Positions 45,448 to 56,220 of a stretch of 64,000 bases of DNA are shown piece by piece. Both the position numbers and the translations under genes were made by a program. The stretch lies in assembly GCA_040387275.1 (NCBI GenBank), contig JAZKDZ010000002.1:390480-454479 (forward strand), written 5' to 3'. Position 1 is the stretch's first letter. Each line of letters opens with the position of its first letter. The DNA is from Bdellovibrionota bacterium. Lineage in GTDB: Bacteria; Bdellovibrionota; Bacteriovoracia; Bacteriovoracales; Bacteriovoracaceae. The notes below the pieces were generated by a model, which searched no databases, was not told the DNA's origin, and saw only the letters and a list, made by a program, of their open reading frames with translations.

Positions 45448-47793
45448 CTATTCAACGTATTGAACTTTCATTTCACGATTTACACTACGTCCGAGGTTAT
45501 CAATCGCCTTCACGACAAACTTCCCGGCACGTGCTTTCCAGAGGAGTGCTTTTCCTTCGGTCGATTTCCCGATGAACTCATTATTCACGAACCAGAATAG
45601 TTCATCGGCACTGGAATCGTAGTTTCCTTCAAAGGGAATCATTTTCGAGTTTTCGACCTGTGAGCGAAGAGAATAAATGGATCCTTCTCTCGGTGAGAGA
45701 ATTTCCGGGGCTATGCCGCGCCCGAAGCTTTCCTGATGGGCATATTTCCCACAGGAAGCACCTGTTTCAGGAACAGGTTTCCGTGGAAGACCGGCAGCGG
45801 AGAAAGTTTCGAGAATATCAGAAGGCCAGAATTCATGAACGCGGGCGATGTCTTTTGTGGGATCCGGTTTACAACTAAGTTTTCCGTCTGCTTTGGAAAT
45901 CCAGATCTGCCGATGAACATCACAAGTTGCAATGGGAGAAGTTCCGGGAATAAAAAAGACGTGCGATTGATGACGGCAATGAGGGCCTGGAAGTTTTCCT
46001 GAAGTTGCACATATATTCACTTTCTTCACTTTAGGCGGGGCCTGCCAGGCAAGAGTGGAAGAAGCATCAAGCTTCGCGTGAATTTTAACCGCATCGACAA
46101 GATCAAAAAATAATGGGGCAGCAACTTCCCGTCCGATGAACTGACGATTGGATTCTCCGGAAAAATTTCCGATCCACACACCCAGGGCATAAGGGCCGAA
46201 GACTCCCACCGTCCAGGCATCCCGAAAGCCGGATGAGGTCCCGGTTTTCCAGCTGACGGGGATCGCTCCCCTTCTCAGAAGGCGGTGAAATCTCCGCGAC
46301 TGAAATTCTGCATGAGAAAGCATATCGAGAACAAGAAAAGATGATTCGGCATCAAGGATACTTCTGCTTTCAGAAAGTTTTCTCAGTTCATCCTGAGAAA
46401 AAATGGCATCCCGTAAATATCCCTGACGGGGAAGAGCGCTGTAGAGATTCACGAGATCAAGAAGGGTCACTTCATAACCACCCAGAGCAAGCGAGTGACC
46501 ATAGAATTCGCGGCTTCTGGGATTTCCCACTTTCGTATTCATGAGGAATTGATAAAAGTCCGGCCGAGCGAGTTTCGTCATGAGCTCAACAGCAGGAAGA
46601 TTTCGGCTTTCGTTCAAGGCTTCTTCTGCTGAAAGAGGTCCTTTGAATTCCCCGTCAAAATTTTCCGGATCGTAAGAGCCGAAATAGCGGGGCGTATCCT
46701 TGAGGATTGTTCCCGGATGAATCAGTCCTTCCTGAAGGGCAAGACCATAGATAAAGGGCTTCAGGGCCGAGCCCGGAGAACGAAGAGAAGTCACTCCATC
46801 AACCTGACCTTTGATTTCAGGATCAAAAAAATCGGCCGAGCCAACCCAGGAGATAATTTCGGAAGTCTGCCAGTTAACCAGAAGAACAGACGCATTTTTA
46901 ATGCCATTCATCTTCTTGCCTGAAAGGTAGTCGCTGATTTTTTTCTCAAACGTTTTCTGAAGAGGAAGACTCAACGTCGTATTCACTTCATTTTTACCAG
47001 AAGAGCGATCAATGACTTTATTGGTAAAATGCGGAGATAAAAAAGGAAGTTGAGTAAGATTACCTGCCGTGAATTCCGGAGGAACACTTCCCTTCTCAGT
47101 ATCCGGGACCAGGTGAGAGATTTTTTCAAAAAGTCTCATACGCGCAGACTGAAGTCCTGCGGGAAAACCTTTCAGGAGGGTGCGCTTATTCGGATTCTGA
47201 GGAATCACAGCAAGAGTCAGGGCATGCGCCCATTTAAGCTCAGACGGTTTCTTTCCAAAGAAGATAAGAGACGCTGCTCCCACTCCTTCAATATTTCCGC
47301 CCATCGGAACGAGATTGAGATAGGCCTCGAGGATTTCTTCTTTGGTATAAAGATATTCCAGCCAGAAAGCAGAAGAGATCTGCTGGAATTTTCCGGAAAG
47401 TTTTTTGGAATCAATCGGTCCCAGCATGCGCGCGAGCTGCATGGTAATTGTCGATGCCCCACTTCTTCTTCCGCCGGTGAAATAAGTACTCCAGACGGCG
47501 CGTCCGAGAGAAACAGGATTGAGTCCCCAGTGAGAGTAAAAATACTTATCTTCTGAAACCAGAAAGCTATTGATGATAGCAGGTGAGATACTTTTGAGAC
47601 TCACCCACTGGCGGAATTTCTGATCGTTACTTAATGTAAGACGGAGAAGTTCCCCATTGCGGGCGTAAATTGCCTGAGAGGAACGATAGCGGCCGGATAA
47701 TGGCTCCCGGAGAAAAGGGCGGGCAAGAACAGCTGTGAGAATCACAGCTGTACAAACTCCCGCACCAATAATTGATCTCCGGAACTTCATCAT
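45448..47793 (-). CDS. pbpC: Penicillin-binding protein 1C (bifunctional GT51 transglycosylase/transpeptidase)
   Basis: N-terminal TM helix; a GT51 domain (EDKYFYSHWGLNP...GASTITMQLAR); a transpeptidase domain (SxxK region, SxN, KTGT: WKTGTSSGFRDAW); and a PBP1C-type C-terminal domain. The start overlaps the A2M stop. Confidence 0.85.
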   Translation of the reverse strand: MMKFRRSIIGAGVCTAVILTAVLARPFLREPLSGRYRSSQAIYARNGELLRLTLSNDQKFRQWVSLKSISPAIINSFLVSEDKYFYSHWGLNPVSLGRAVWSTYFTGGRRSGASTITMQLARMLGPIDSKKLSGKFQQISSAFWLEYLYTKEEILEAYLNLVPMGGNIEGVGAASLIFFGKKPSELKWAHALTLAVIPQNPNKRTLLKGFPAGLQSARMRLFEKISHLVPDTEKGSVPPEFTAGNLTQLPFLSPHFTNKVIDRSSGKNEVNTTLSLPLQKTFEKKISDYLSGKKMNGIKNASVLLVNWQTSEIISWVGSADFFDPEIKGQVDGVTSLRSPGSALKPFIYGLALQEGLIHPGTILKDTPRYFGSYDPENFDGEFKGPLSAEEALNESRNLPAVELMTKLARPDFYQFLMNTKVGNPRSREFYGHSLALGGYEVTLLDLVNLYSALPRQGYLRDAIFSQDELRKLSESRSILDAESSFLVLDMLSHAEFQSRRFHRLLRRGAIPVSWKTGTSSGFRDAWTVGVFGPYALGVWIGNFSGESNRQFIGREVAAPLFFDLVDAVKIHAKLDASSTLAWQAPPKVKKVNICATSGKLPGPHCRHQSHVFFIPGTSPIATCDVHRQIWISKADGKLSCKPDPTKDIARVHEFWPSDILETFSAAGLPRKPVPETGASCGKYAHQESFGRGIAPEILSPREGSIYSLRSQVENSKMIPFEGNYDSSADELFWFVNNEFIGKSTEGKALLWKARAGKFVVKAIDNLGRSVNREMKVQYVE

Positions 47794-50700
47794 GGTTTCG
47801 TGACCGTCATTTTCCCGGCGAGACCTCTGGACTTGATGTCCCGGTCATACATGGATTCTGCAAACGGAGGTGGCACAACAAAAGTACCAATGTTCGTTGC
47901 TTTAATCTTGTAGAGATATTCTTTCATCTCAGATCTCACAGTTCCGAAAATAACCACGCGGTCTTCGCGGATATCCACGGAACGAGGCAAGAATGTGGAA
48001 CCATTATTTTCTTCTGAGTTCCGGATTGAATCCATCACCACTTCAAATCCACCGGGAAGAAGATCAACCAGGGCGACGTTATCCACGTAATCCGTGTCTC
48101 TTGTCGTTCTCGTACGGATTCTCACCCAGAGTTCGTCGCCATTTTTGACAGTCGTCGCTGGCTTTTTCGCCATATCAAGATACTCACGCTGAATCTCCAT
48201 TTTGGATTCAATCGTTTTCACAGGAAGAGTATGATCGAAACCAGCTTCCGTCGTCTGCCAGAAGACGTTCAATTTTTTCGGATTTCTGATCGCAATGGCG
48301 TCCGCTTTATCCGTGAAAGGAGTCTTGAAGAACGTTTTCCCCGTAAGGGCGAGAAGCTTTTCCCCACCTTTCCAGGTCTCAAGGAATTTTGCGTCACTGA
48401 TAAGACTGCTTCCGGAAAGTTCACGCACTCTCACGTAAGCATCGAGAGCGAGGATCGCGTAAGAAGAGTTTGTCGTGGTGTACCCACCGTTCATCACGGG
48501 AGCAAGCATCGCCGAGAGATCTTCTGCACTCATATCCTTTAATACGTCCGGGAAGTGAAGACTTGCGAGATAGAGATATTGAGTTTCACGTACACCTGGC
48601 CCATAGAAAAAATTCCAGTCGAGATTATCTTTCGCTGTTTTCTTCCATGACTTCATCACAGCAGCACCTTCATCATTCTGCTTGAGAAGAGTGTAGGTTG
48701 CAGCTAGATAGGCGGCCGTGAGATCGCCTCTCCACACATCTTTATAGTTCACATTAAGAAGTCCACGAAGAGTCTCGAGACTCTTCTTAGGAACAATCCC
48801 GTTTCTCGCCTGAAGATAAAGCGAATACGCCCACAAACGTGCCTGGTGAATGGAGTCAGCTTTCTCAAGCCTTTCCGATCTCAGGTATTGAAGACTTCTG
48901 TCGAGAAGATCGCGACCTTCACTGAGCCCCATATCATTGGCCTCGGTGAGATAATGAACAGCATACAAAGTCGGGAAATCAAATTCTTCTTCCGTATTAT
49001 CCCAGAGTCCGAAGCCTCCGGTTTCTGTTGTTCTTCGTCTGAGAGTCTTTAAAGTCGTCGTATAACTTGTTCTCACAAAATCCTGAGAAATCTTGAAGTC
49101 TGAATTTTTAGAAAGAACGAGAGTCGGGAAAGCGATTGAGATGATCTGCTCGGTACAGCCATAAGGATATTTCTCAAGATATTTCATGAGACCATCGGCC
49201 AGTGAAATCGGAAGTTCTGAAGCAGCAAGAGTGAGAGTCCGGAATTCAGGATACATCTTTCTTGTCACCGGAAGGCCCGCATTCGCGTCGTGAGTAAGAC
49301 CCATATGAAGTTCTGTCATGAAAGGGACAGCAGGACGGAGCGAAAGGTCCGTTACGGATTTCGTCATCTTTCCTTTCCAGTTCACCACAAACTTGATCGA
49401 AGCCGATCCCAGTTTATTTTTAGCGCGCAGGCGGAAGGTTTGTGATTTCTCACTTCCCTCTTTAATTTCCAGAACACTCTCTTTACTAGAAAGAATTTCC
49501 AGATGCTCAGACGTATCGAGGGAAAGCTTGATATCTTTTCCTACTTTACTTCCAGCGGCCGTATTAGAAACACCGACACTCACTTCAAACTCATCACCCG
49601 GAGTGACAAAGAGTGGAACGTTTGGCGAAAGCACAACATCTCCACGAATCGTTGTCGCAATCGCGCGGTTACCAACAGCTGCATCTGCGGCCGCTACGGC
49701 CATGAGTCTCATGCTGCCGTTAAAATAATCCGGCACTTCGTAATGGAAGACCTGTTCTTTTTCAGAAGCTTTTATGACTCCCGACCAGAATACGACCGGC
49801 TTGTCGCGACGACGCTTGAATGGATTAAGGTTCAGTGCAACCGGATCACCGCCTTCATCTCCTCCTGAAGCAGAAAGAGATTCAAAAATTGAAAGTTCAG
49901 GCAAAAGAAGATCGAGAATCTGCGATGTCTGAACCTGAAGAGCACGTTTCGTGAAGAAGAAACTTAAAGGATCAGGAAGCTTGTATCCTGCGACCTGGAG
50001 AATTCCTTCATCCACACCATAGAGAACAAGTGAGGTCGGACGGTTGGCCGAATATTTAATATTGAGCTTATCACCCGGGCGGACAATTTCCGGAGCGTCG
50101 AGAGAAATTTCCGTCATCCGCGATTTTCTGGAAATAGTGAAAGGGGCCACACCGTAACTTAAAGGACTCGTATAAATTTCTTTGGAATCCAGAGAGCGGA
50201 GGAAGACAACAGAGACGTAACCATTTCCTTCCACTTCATCCGGAATTTTAATTTTCTGAACACTTGTTTCTGACGTTGTCTTGAACCAGATATGAGAATA
50301 GACCTGACCGCGCTCAATGGTGATTAATCCTGCTCCTGTATAAGGGGCACGGATCTGGAGTTCAATCTCCTCACCTTTTTCATAATCTGTTTTATTCAGA
50401 GCAATCTGGAGCTCAGCATTTTTCTCGAGTCCACGGGCAAGTCCTGAGGGAGCAATGACGGAGTAACCGATGCGGGCGTACTCAAGACCCTCATTATCGT
50501 AAATGACGTAAACGAAAGTTCCGTCTTTTGTCGTATCGATATCCATGTTGAGACCTGTGGCACCGATGTTCACAGTCCCCGGGCTTCCGACAGGAGTTTC
50601 TTTTTTAACAGATTGGTACTTATAGGTCCCATTCCCCTGCTGCGTGAGAACAGAAACATATTTCATCTCAATCAGTTTAGACTTGAGACCTTTGACTCCG

Positions 50701-53624
50701 ACTTTCTTCATGGAAGGATCAAGGGCCAGGATATGAACTTTTCTCTTATCACCGAGTCTCATGTAATTAAGATCACCATCTGCCTTATAACCAATCACAT
50801 GAGGGGCCGGAGAAATATACACGGATACGGAAGAGGAAACGGATCTTCCTCCCTCGGCCTCAAAACCCTGAGCGACAAATTCCAGCCGATAAGAAGCATC
50901 ATCAAATTTCTTGAGATCAAGATCAAACTCTGCTTCCCCTTCATCATTGGTTGAGCCGTCTTCCAGCCTTTCCGTATAAGAATTTTGGGCCTTTCTTGGA
51001 TTGATAAAGACATAATCAGAGAATGCTCTGGTACTCGGGAATCCAGGCACGAGTCTGAACTCTGCCGAAACTCTCCGATTCTGGGCCGCAGTCCCGAATA
51101 AATTCGTAAGAAGGACTTTTGCTTTCAGCTCTTCACTTCTTACCCAGCCCTGCGGACTTTCTTTGGAAAGAGTCGTGAGAATTTTCATTCTGTCTGGAAG
51201 GAATTCCTCGACCTTGAAATTCACCGAACCCAGCATCTCAGAAGTCTTATCTTTAATGACATAAACCTGGGCACTATAACTACCAGTCGGTGATTCTTCC
51301 GTGGTGGAGTAATTGAAATCTGTAAATCCATCATCTTTCAAATTGAACTTCTCACGCATGAGAACAGAGCCGGCGGGATTCGTTACAACAAATTCCAGTG
51401 GTAACCCTTTTGGTAAAGGATTCCATGAGAGATTTTTTGCAATCACACCGAAGTTGGTTGAGTCACCCGGGCGATAGATTCCGCGGTCGGTGAAGACGAA
51501 GGCCTGTATTCTGTCGGCGTCTCCGTAGGCCTGAAGTCCTGAAATATCAAAACGGCTGAGATCAATATTTCTCTCATAAGCGTTGAGGGGAAGGAAAGTG
51601 TAGTCGTTATCCATGCGGGCGACAAAAGCGATCGCGCGCTTTTCTCTTTCAAAGCTCGTGAGTTTCGGAAACGTTGCTGTTCCATTACCGTCAGTTGTTT
51701 CTGAGAGAATAACTGTTCCGTTTAAAGCAAGAACATCGACTTTGGCGCCAGAGACCGGGCGACCCGTGCTGAATGACTGAACGAAAACTTTCGTGTCACC
51801 TTTGGCATCCGTTTTCGTAATGAGACCGAGATCGGTGAGAACGATGAATCTCTGGGAAACAGTTCCCTCGTCGTTCTTATCCATGGCGGAGAAGAAGAAA
51901 ATACCGCGGGCACCACCGAGAGCTTGCGAGTTCAGGTATTTACTGAAATCGAAACTATGATAATTGGTTTTCGTCGGATCAGTGATGTCGACTTTGATCG
52001 TGTCAGTAAAAGTCTCAGAAATATTCTCTTCCGCAAACTTCCATGAATTCGCGAACTGAGGATTCTGAAATGATCCTGAAGTCTGAGAAACAAAATGGTG
52101 GAGATCATTCGGACGCATACGGCGGAGGGTATATGTAATTTCTCCTACGTTTCTTGAGAGTAACGGAATCTTTCTTTCACCCTGGAGGGAAAGGATTGAA
52201 CCATGATGCATGATCATGAGTTCTTTGGTGAAAGCAGGAATCAGGAAAACCTGCTCAAAAGTATCAGCGAGAATATAATCACCGAAAGACTTAAGACCTT
52301 TTTCAATCGTCACAAAGGCCCAGCGATTGACTTCCCCTTTATAGCGGAAAGTATGGATCGTGGAATTCTCAAATTCAGAAGGAATGAGTTCAAGAGAAAG
52401 CGGAGTCATTTTCTTCTTCACATCGCGAGAGACTTCACCTGCCGACTGCCACGGCTCAATCGGATTCGGATCATCTTCCTCGTTCCGTTCAAAGTCCGGG
52501 TTATCCATCGGAAGAGTCCAGCTTTTGATTTTTTTGGCGACATCTTCACTTCTTGCTCCGGCAGTCGTCGTGACAATCAGAACGTGCTCAGGAATGAATT
52601 TCTCGTTACGGATAACCTGAGAGGAAACTTCTGTAATCTTGAAATAATTGAACATACCGGGAACGTCGACAGAGGTTTTCATTTTATCTGTCGTGTTTCC
52701 ACCAAGAGTCGATTTCACACCGTCTTTGATATAAACGTGAAGCTTGGAATCTCTCTCCGGAACGGCCAGGAATTCAGAGTGAATATTGGCGGTCACCCCT
52801 TCTGGTCCATACTGAATGGTATAGCGGATGTTTTTTGAATTTCCTTTCTCGTCAACCATCTCAGAGCTCACGCGGTCACTAAAGCTTGACGCTTCAACCG
52901 GATAATTGAATCTGAGAGCAAAGACACCCTTCTTCTCTTTCGGGATCGTCGGATGCTGGTTGAATTCTGAACTTGTGACGGTAATGGCGAAAGGATGAGT
53001 CTTAAAAGTTCCTGAGTAATCAGTCAGCTCAGCGGATTTTTCAAAAATCGTTTTATCCATGCTGAAGGAATAAGTTGTTCCAGGTGTCCATTCTGCTTCA
53101 GGTTGAAACGCGAGAACGGAATCAGATTCAAAATACCAGCGGCCTTTATGGGCCGGAGACAGAGAGACTCCTTTTTCCAGAGTCGTATTGATGATCTTGA
53201 GATCAGCAGCGGATTTAGAAAACGTCACGCGCACAGGATTTGGTTTTGATCCTGGATAATAATACATCGGTGTCGGTTCAGTGACCGTCATCGTAATCCA
53301 TTCAGGATGTGGCATGTGATACTTGTAGTAGTACCAGCCACCCCATGAAGTGAGTGCCACGAAAGTGATTCCGTAGGCAGACCACATGATTCTTTTGTGA
53401 GCATTTTTCCAGGCGATAAAAAGCCCGAGATAATGACGGATTTTCAGACCGAGCTTACTCTCCCCGACATTTAACTTTTTCCACCATTCAGGAGACTGAT
53501 AAGAGAAAGATCCCAATCCTCTTCGCAAGAGAGTAAAGAGCATAAGAGTGAATGCGATAAGACGAGACTTTACCCGGCCCAACATGGCCGTGACTTTATT
53601 CATTGGGATCTCCTGATTTGGCAA
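47790..53624 (-). CDS. yfhM: Bacterial alpha-2-macroglobulin (YfhM-like), thioester-containing
   Basis: 1944 aa. N-terminal membrane anchor, multiple MG domains and a thioester motif GCTEQ (KYPYGCTEQIISIAFP). It sits immediately upstream of pbpC as in the canonical operon. Confidence 0.9.
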   Translation of the reverse strand: MPNQEIPMNKVTAMLGRVKSRLIAFTLMLFTLLRRGLGSFSYQSPEWWKKLNVGESKLGLKIRHYLGLFIAWKNAHKRIMWSAYGITFVALTSWGGWYYYKYHMPHPEWITMTVTEPTPMYYYPGSKPNPVRVTFSKSAADLKIINTTLEKGVSLSPAHKGRWYFESDSVLAFQPEAEWTPGTTYSFSMDKTIFEKSAELTDYSGTFKTHPFAITVTSSEFNQHPTIPKEKKGVFALRFNYPVEASSFSDRVSSEMVDEKGNSKNIRYTIQYGPEGVTANIHSEFLAVPERDSKLHVYIKDGVKSTLGGNTTDKMKTSVDVPGMFNYFKITEVSSQVIRNEKFIPEHVLIVTTTAGARSEDVAKKIKSWTLPMDNPDFERNEEDDPNPIEPWQSAGEVSRDVKKKMTPLSLELIPSEFENSTIHTFRYKGEVNRWAFVTIEKGLKSFGDYILADTFEQVFLIPAFTKELMIMHHGSILSLQGERKIPLLSRNVGEITYTLRRMRPNDLHHFVSQTSGSFQNPQFANSWKFAEENISETFTDTIKVDITDPTKTNYHSFDFSKYLNSQALGGARGIFFFSAMDKNDEGTVSQRFIVLTDLGLITKTDAKGDTKVFVQSFSTGRPVSGAKVDVLALNGTVILSETTDGNGTATFPKLTSFEREKRAIAFVARMDNDYTFLPLNAYERNIDLSRFDISGLQAYGDADRIQAFVFTDRGIYRPGDSTNFGVIAKNLSWNPLPKGLPLEFVVTNPAGSVLMREKFNLKDDGFTDFNYSTTEESPTGSYSAQVYVIKDKTSEMLGSVNFKVEEFLPDRMKILTTLSKESPQGWVRSEELKAKVLLTNLFGTAAQNRRVSAEFRLVPGFPSTRAFSDYVFINPRKAQNSYTERLEDGSTNDEGEAEFDLDLKKFDDASYRLEFVAQGFEAEGGRSVSSSVSVYISPAPHVIGYKADGDLNYMRLGDKRKVHILALDPSMKKVGVKGLKSKLIEMKYVSVLTQQGNGTYKYQSVKKETPVGSPGTVNIGATGLNMDIDTTKDGTFVYVIYDNEGLEYARIGYSVIAPSGLARGLEKNAELQIALNKTDYEKGEEIELQIRAPYTGAGLITIERGQVYSHIWFKTTSETSVQKIKIPDEVEGNGYVSVVFLRSLDSKEIYTSPLSYGVAPFTISRKSRMTEISLDAPEIVRPGDKLNIKYSANRPTSLVLYGVDEGILQVAGYKLPDPLSFFFTKRALQVQTSQILDLLLPELSIFESLSASGGDEGGDPVALNLNPFKRRRDKPVVFWSGVIKASEKEQVFHYEVPDYFNGSMRLMAVAAADAAVGNRAIATTIRGDVVLSPNVPLFVTPGDEFEVSVGVSNTAAGSKVGKDIKLSLDTSEHLEILSSKESVLEIKEGSEKSQTFRLRAKNKLGSASIKFVVNWKGKMTKSVTDLSLRPAVPFMTELHMGLTHDANAGLPVTRKMYPEFRTLTLAASELPISLADGLMKYLEKYPYGCTEQIISIAFPTLVLSKNSDFKISQDFVRTSYTTTLKTLRRRTTETGGFGLWDNTEEEFDFPTLYAVHYLTEANDMGLSEGRDLLDRSLQYLRSERLEKADSIHQARLWAYSLYLQARNGIVPKKSLETLRGLLNVNYKDVWRGDLTAAYLAATYTLLKQNDEGAAVMKSWKKTAKDNLDWNFFYGPGVRETQYLYLASLHFPDVLKDMSAEDLSAMLAPVMNGGYTTTNSSYAILALDAYVRVRELSGSSLISDAKFLETWKGGEKLLALTGKTFFKTPFTDKADAIAIRNPKKLNVFWQTTEAGFDHTLPVKTIESKMEIQREYLDMAKKPATTVKNGDELWVRIRTRTTRDTDYVDNVALVDLLPGGFEVVMDSIRNSEENNGSTFLPRSVDIREDRVVIFGTVRSEMKEYLYKIKATNIGTFVVPPPFAESMYDRDIKSRGLAGKMTVTKP

Positions 53625-53672
53625 AAATTGTATCAGGACGCAATGAAACTTAAATCTAAATTATAGGGAAAA

Positions 53673-53698
53673 GGCCTGATTCCCGGATGAGAATCAGG
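53673..53698 (-). terminator. Hairpin terminator downstream of the PPIase gene
   Basis: GCCTGATTC-N8-GAATCAGGC, followed on the minus strand by a T-rich run. Confidence 0.55.
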
Positions 53699-53710
53699 CA
53701 TGAGAGAGAA

Positions 53711-54250
53711 TTACTTACGGACGATTTCCACGTGATTGATCACAACATCAGTTCTTGGACGATCCATAGCTCCTGTCGGAGTGTCGCCGATCTTTTTCAC
53801 GACATCGAGACCTTTCACAACCTTACCAAAGACAGTGTGACGGCCATCAAGGTGCGGAGTTGCTCCGAGAGTGATGAAGAACTGAGAGCCATTTGTTCCC
53901 GGACCAGCGTTTGCCATAGAGAGAATGCCTTCTCCCGAGTGACGGAGATCGCGAACGAACTCATCATTGAATCTGTAACCCGGACCGCCGCGACCAGAAC
54001 CTTCAGGACAACCGCCCTGGATCATGAATCCACGGATCACACGGTGGAAAACCAGACCATCATAAAAAGGACCTTCTTTCGAAGTTTGTTGTCTTCCTTC
54101 AGCGAGATTCACGAAATTCCAAACAGTCTCAGGTGCTTCTTTCGCGAAAAGCTCGATTTCGAAATCACCCATGGTTGTCTTGAAGACGGCCGCGAGACCG
54201 TTCACTTCTTCTTTGTGTGATGATTTTTCATTTTTCATAGTGCCGAACAT
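53711..54250 (-). CDS. ppiB: Cyclophilin-type peptidyl-prolyl cis-trans isomerase
   Basis: FHRVIRGFMIQGGCP...GYRFNDEF...LSMANAGPGTNGSQFFIT are cyclophilin signatures. Confidence 0.85.
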   Translation of the reverse strand: MFGTMKNEKSSHKEEVNGLAAVFKTTMGDFEIELFAKEAPETVWNFVNLAEGRQQTSKEGPFYDGLVFHRVIRGFMIQGGCPEGSGRGGPGYRFNDEFVRDLRHSGEGILSMANAGPGTNGSQFFITLGATPHLDGRHTVFGKVVKGLDVVKKIGDTPTGAMDRPRTDVVINHVEIVRK

Positions 54251-54259
54251 AGTAACTCC

Positions 54260-54997
54260 TTATTCAGTGATAATTTCCGTGGGATAAAGGTCTGATGATC
54301 CGGAATGGATCACGTTGATCTTGATCTCACGATTGACAAGTTTTTTGATTTCCACTCTGAGACGGGGCTTTAAAGTCATCTGCGCAGAATAGGGATTCAA
54401 CCATTCTGCTGACAGGAGATAAAATCCAACCTGGTCGAGATTCTGCTCGGAAAGCCAGTTGGACAATGCCTGCTTCGAAAGACAGGCCGAAAAAAGAATC
54501 GGAAGATTTTTATCGAACTTTCCGGCCGCGGCCATTTTCTTAATTTCATTAATCTTGTTATCAGCGATGTAACCATCAACCCAGATCACATCCACTTCGT
54601 TCACATTAGGAAGCTTGAACTGACGAACGCCGCCTCTCACCTGCTCCATGGTATTAGCAAAGAAGCTTGCCTCTTCCACTGGCTTTAAAAAACGAACGGC
54701 GGTCGATCTGAAATAAGATTCCAGGCGATCGTTATACTGGGCCTGAAGCTCAATCATTTCCGGATACGTGAGCTGATAGCTCGCATTGATCTTGGCAAAA
54801 TCCATGTAGTGAAAAGAAGACGTTTTAAAACAACGGCCGGAAGGAGAACTATTCGCCCATGCCGGAAGTTCCGGGAGGAAAAATTGCTCCACACCGGAAG
54901 TCCGGTAGCTCGTGTCGTCGATGTTTCTTTTCACTTCGCCGCTGCCGCAGCTAATGAGTCCCAGCAGGGCTGAATAAAGTAAAAATTTCATTTTCAA
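54260..54997 (-). CDS. Lipoprotein, hypothetical
   Basis: Lipobox LLGLISCGSG. Confidence 0.4.
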   Translation of the reverse strand: MKMKFLLYSALLGLISCGSGEVKRNIDDTSYRTSGVEQFFLPELPAWANSSPSGRCFKTSSFHYMDFAKINASYQLTYPEMIELQAQYNDRLESYFRSTAVRFLKPVEEASFFANTMEQVRGGVRQFKLPNVNEVDVIWVDGYIADNKINEIKKMAAAGKFDKNLPILFSACLSKQALSNWLSEQNLDQVGFYLLSAEWLNPYSAQMTLKPRLRVEIKKLVNREIKINVIHSGSSDLYPTEIITE

Positions 54998-56213
54998 TAC
55001 CTTTCAAATTCTCAAGATCTTTTTCCCATGCGTTCGCGATATTCGGGAACGAGGGAGTCATATCAAAATAACCGCGCTCAAGAATCCGGAGACTCGGCGC
55101 AATTGTTTTCTTCACAGGATCAAGGGCCACAAAAATCCGGTCTACACCAACCGTCTTGAGATCAAGCATGTTGTTCATCGGATGCTTTTTTCCTTCACGG
55201 AATTCCGGATGCTCCAGAGTCATGAAGAGACGTTTTCTATCGATGAGTTCATCCACCGCCGAAACATTGTGACCGGAGAAAAAGTTGAGACGAGGAATCG
55301 GCTCAGCCGGCCGCGGGTACTTAGCACGGATGTAATCTTCCATCTCCTGCCACTCATGAAGTTTCTTTTCAAACTTTTCCACTTCGAGTTGAAAGTCAGT
55401 TTCCATCATCGCAAAAATTTCTTCTAACTTCTTTTTCCCAACGGGAGCTGAAGCTTCCAGGAAATTCTTAAACGGCTCAGACTCCGTACTCACGATAAAG
55501 AGATTCATGCGCGGATCTTTCAGCCAGTTTTCTAAATGCATGAGGACTTCGGCAGCAAGTGCGCCAGAACCCACGATCGCAATATCGCGGTCATTGTCCT
55601 GTGGCATCTTCTTCAAAGTCTCAAGACCGTAAAACACTTTCTCAGGATTGATTCTTTTTTCGCCGAGAGCGCGGCCATTCACGGCCATCGTTTTCGTTTC
55701 AACCGGAAAGCGGCCGTCGATCACGACATCGAAGTCTTCATACATCTCAAGAGTCGACTGGAGTGAGCCCATAAACTCTTCTGAGAGGCGCTGATAAACT
55801 TCAGGATTAGTTTCTTTCTGAAGCTGGATAAATTCATGCGGATTCATTTCATAGATCACGCGGAAGAGATCAAAGAAACGGGTCTTGCCCGGAATCTCTT
55901 CGTCATTACTTAAGAAACGCTTCGTCACCGAAACAACATCATAGTCTTTCACAACCTGATGCTGGCGAAGGAAGTTGATTAACGGCTTCTGATAATTTTC
56001 TTTCCACTGCTCCCAGCTGCCGGATTTTTTCGTCGTCACACCGGTTTCAATCAGCGTGCGCTTCCCTAAATGATCAGTAAAAGCGTCCTCGCCCTCACCC
56101 CATGCGATGGGTTCATCTGAACCAGCGAACAAAGTAATACTGGCCCCATGAAAATGGAAACGAAGTGCGGCCTCAAGGGCAATAGGAGAAGAACCCAGAA
56201 TGGCGAGCTTCAT
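54951..56213 (-). CDS. FAD/NAD(P)-binding oxidoreductase-like protein (two dinucleotide-binding motifs), function unknown
   Basis: MKLAILGSSPIALEAA and DIAIVGSGALAAEV GxGxxA-type motifs ~210 aa apart. The start is taken at the internal ATG 56213. Confidence 0.4.
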   Translation of the reverse strand: MKLAILGSSPIALEAALRFHFHGASITLFAGSDEPIAWGEGEDAFTDHLGKRTLIETGVTTKKSGSWEQWKENYQKPLINFLRQHQVVKDYDVVSVTKRFLSNDEEIPGKTRFFDLFRVIYEMNPHEFIQLQKETNPEVYQRLSEEFMGSLQSTLEMYEDFDVVIDGRFPVETKTMAVNGRALGEKRINPEKVFYGLETLKKMPQDNDRDIAIVGSGALAAEVLMHLENWLKDPRMNLFIVSTESEPFKNFLEASAPVGKKKLEEIFAMMETDFQLEVEKFEKKLHEWQEMEDYIRAKYPRPAEPIPRLNFFSGHNVSAVDELIDRKRLFMTLEHPEFREGKKHPMNNMLDLKTVGVDRIFVALDPVKKTIAPSLRILERGYFDMTPSFPNIANAWEKDLENLKGIENEIFTLFSPAGTH

Positions 56214-56220
56214 AACAAAA

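Noticed and set aside
48231-52838. Several 80-210-aa +strand ORFs inside the alpha-2-macroglobulin gene
   Set aside because: All are antisense to a continuous 1944-aa ORF with a thioester motif.
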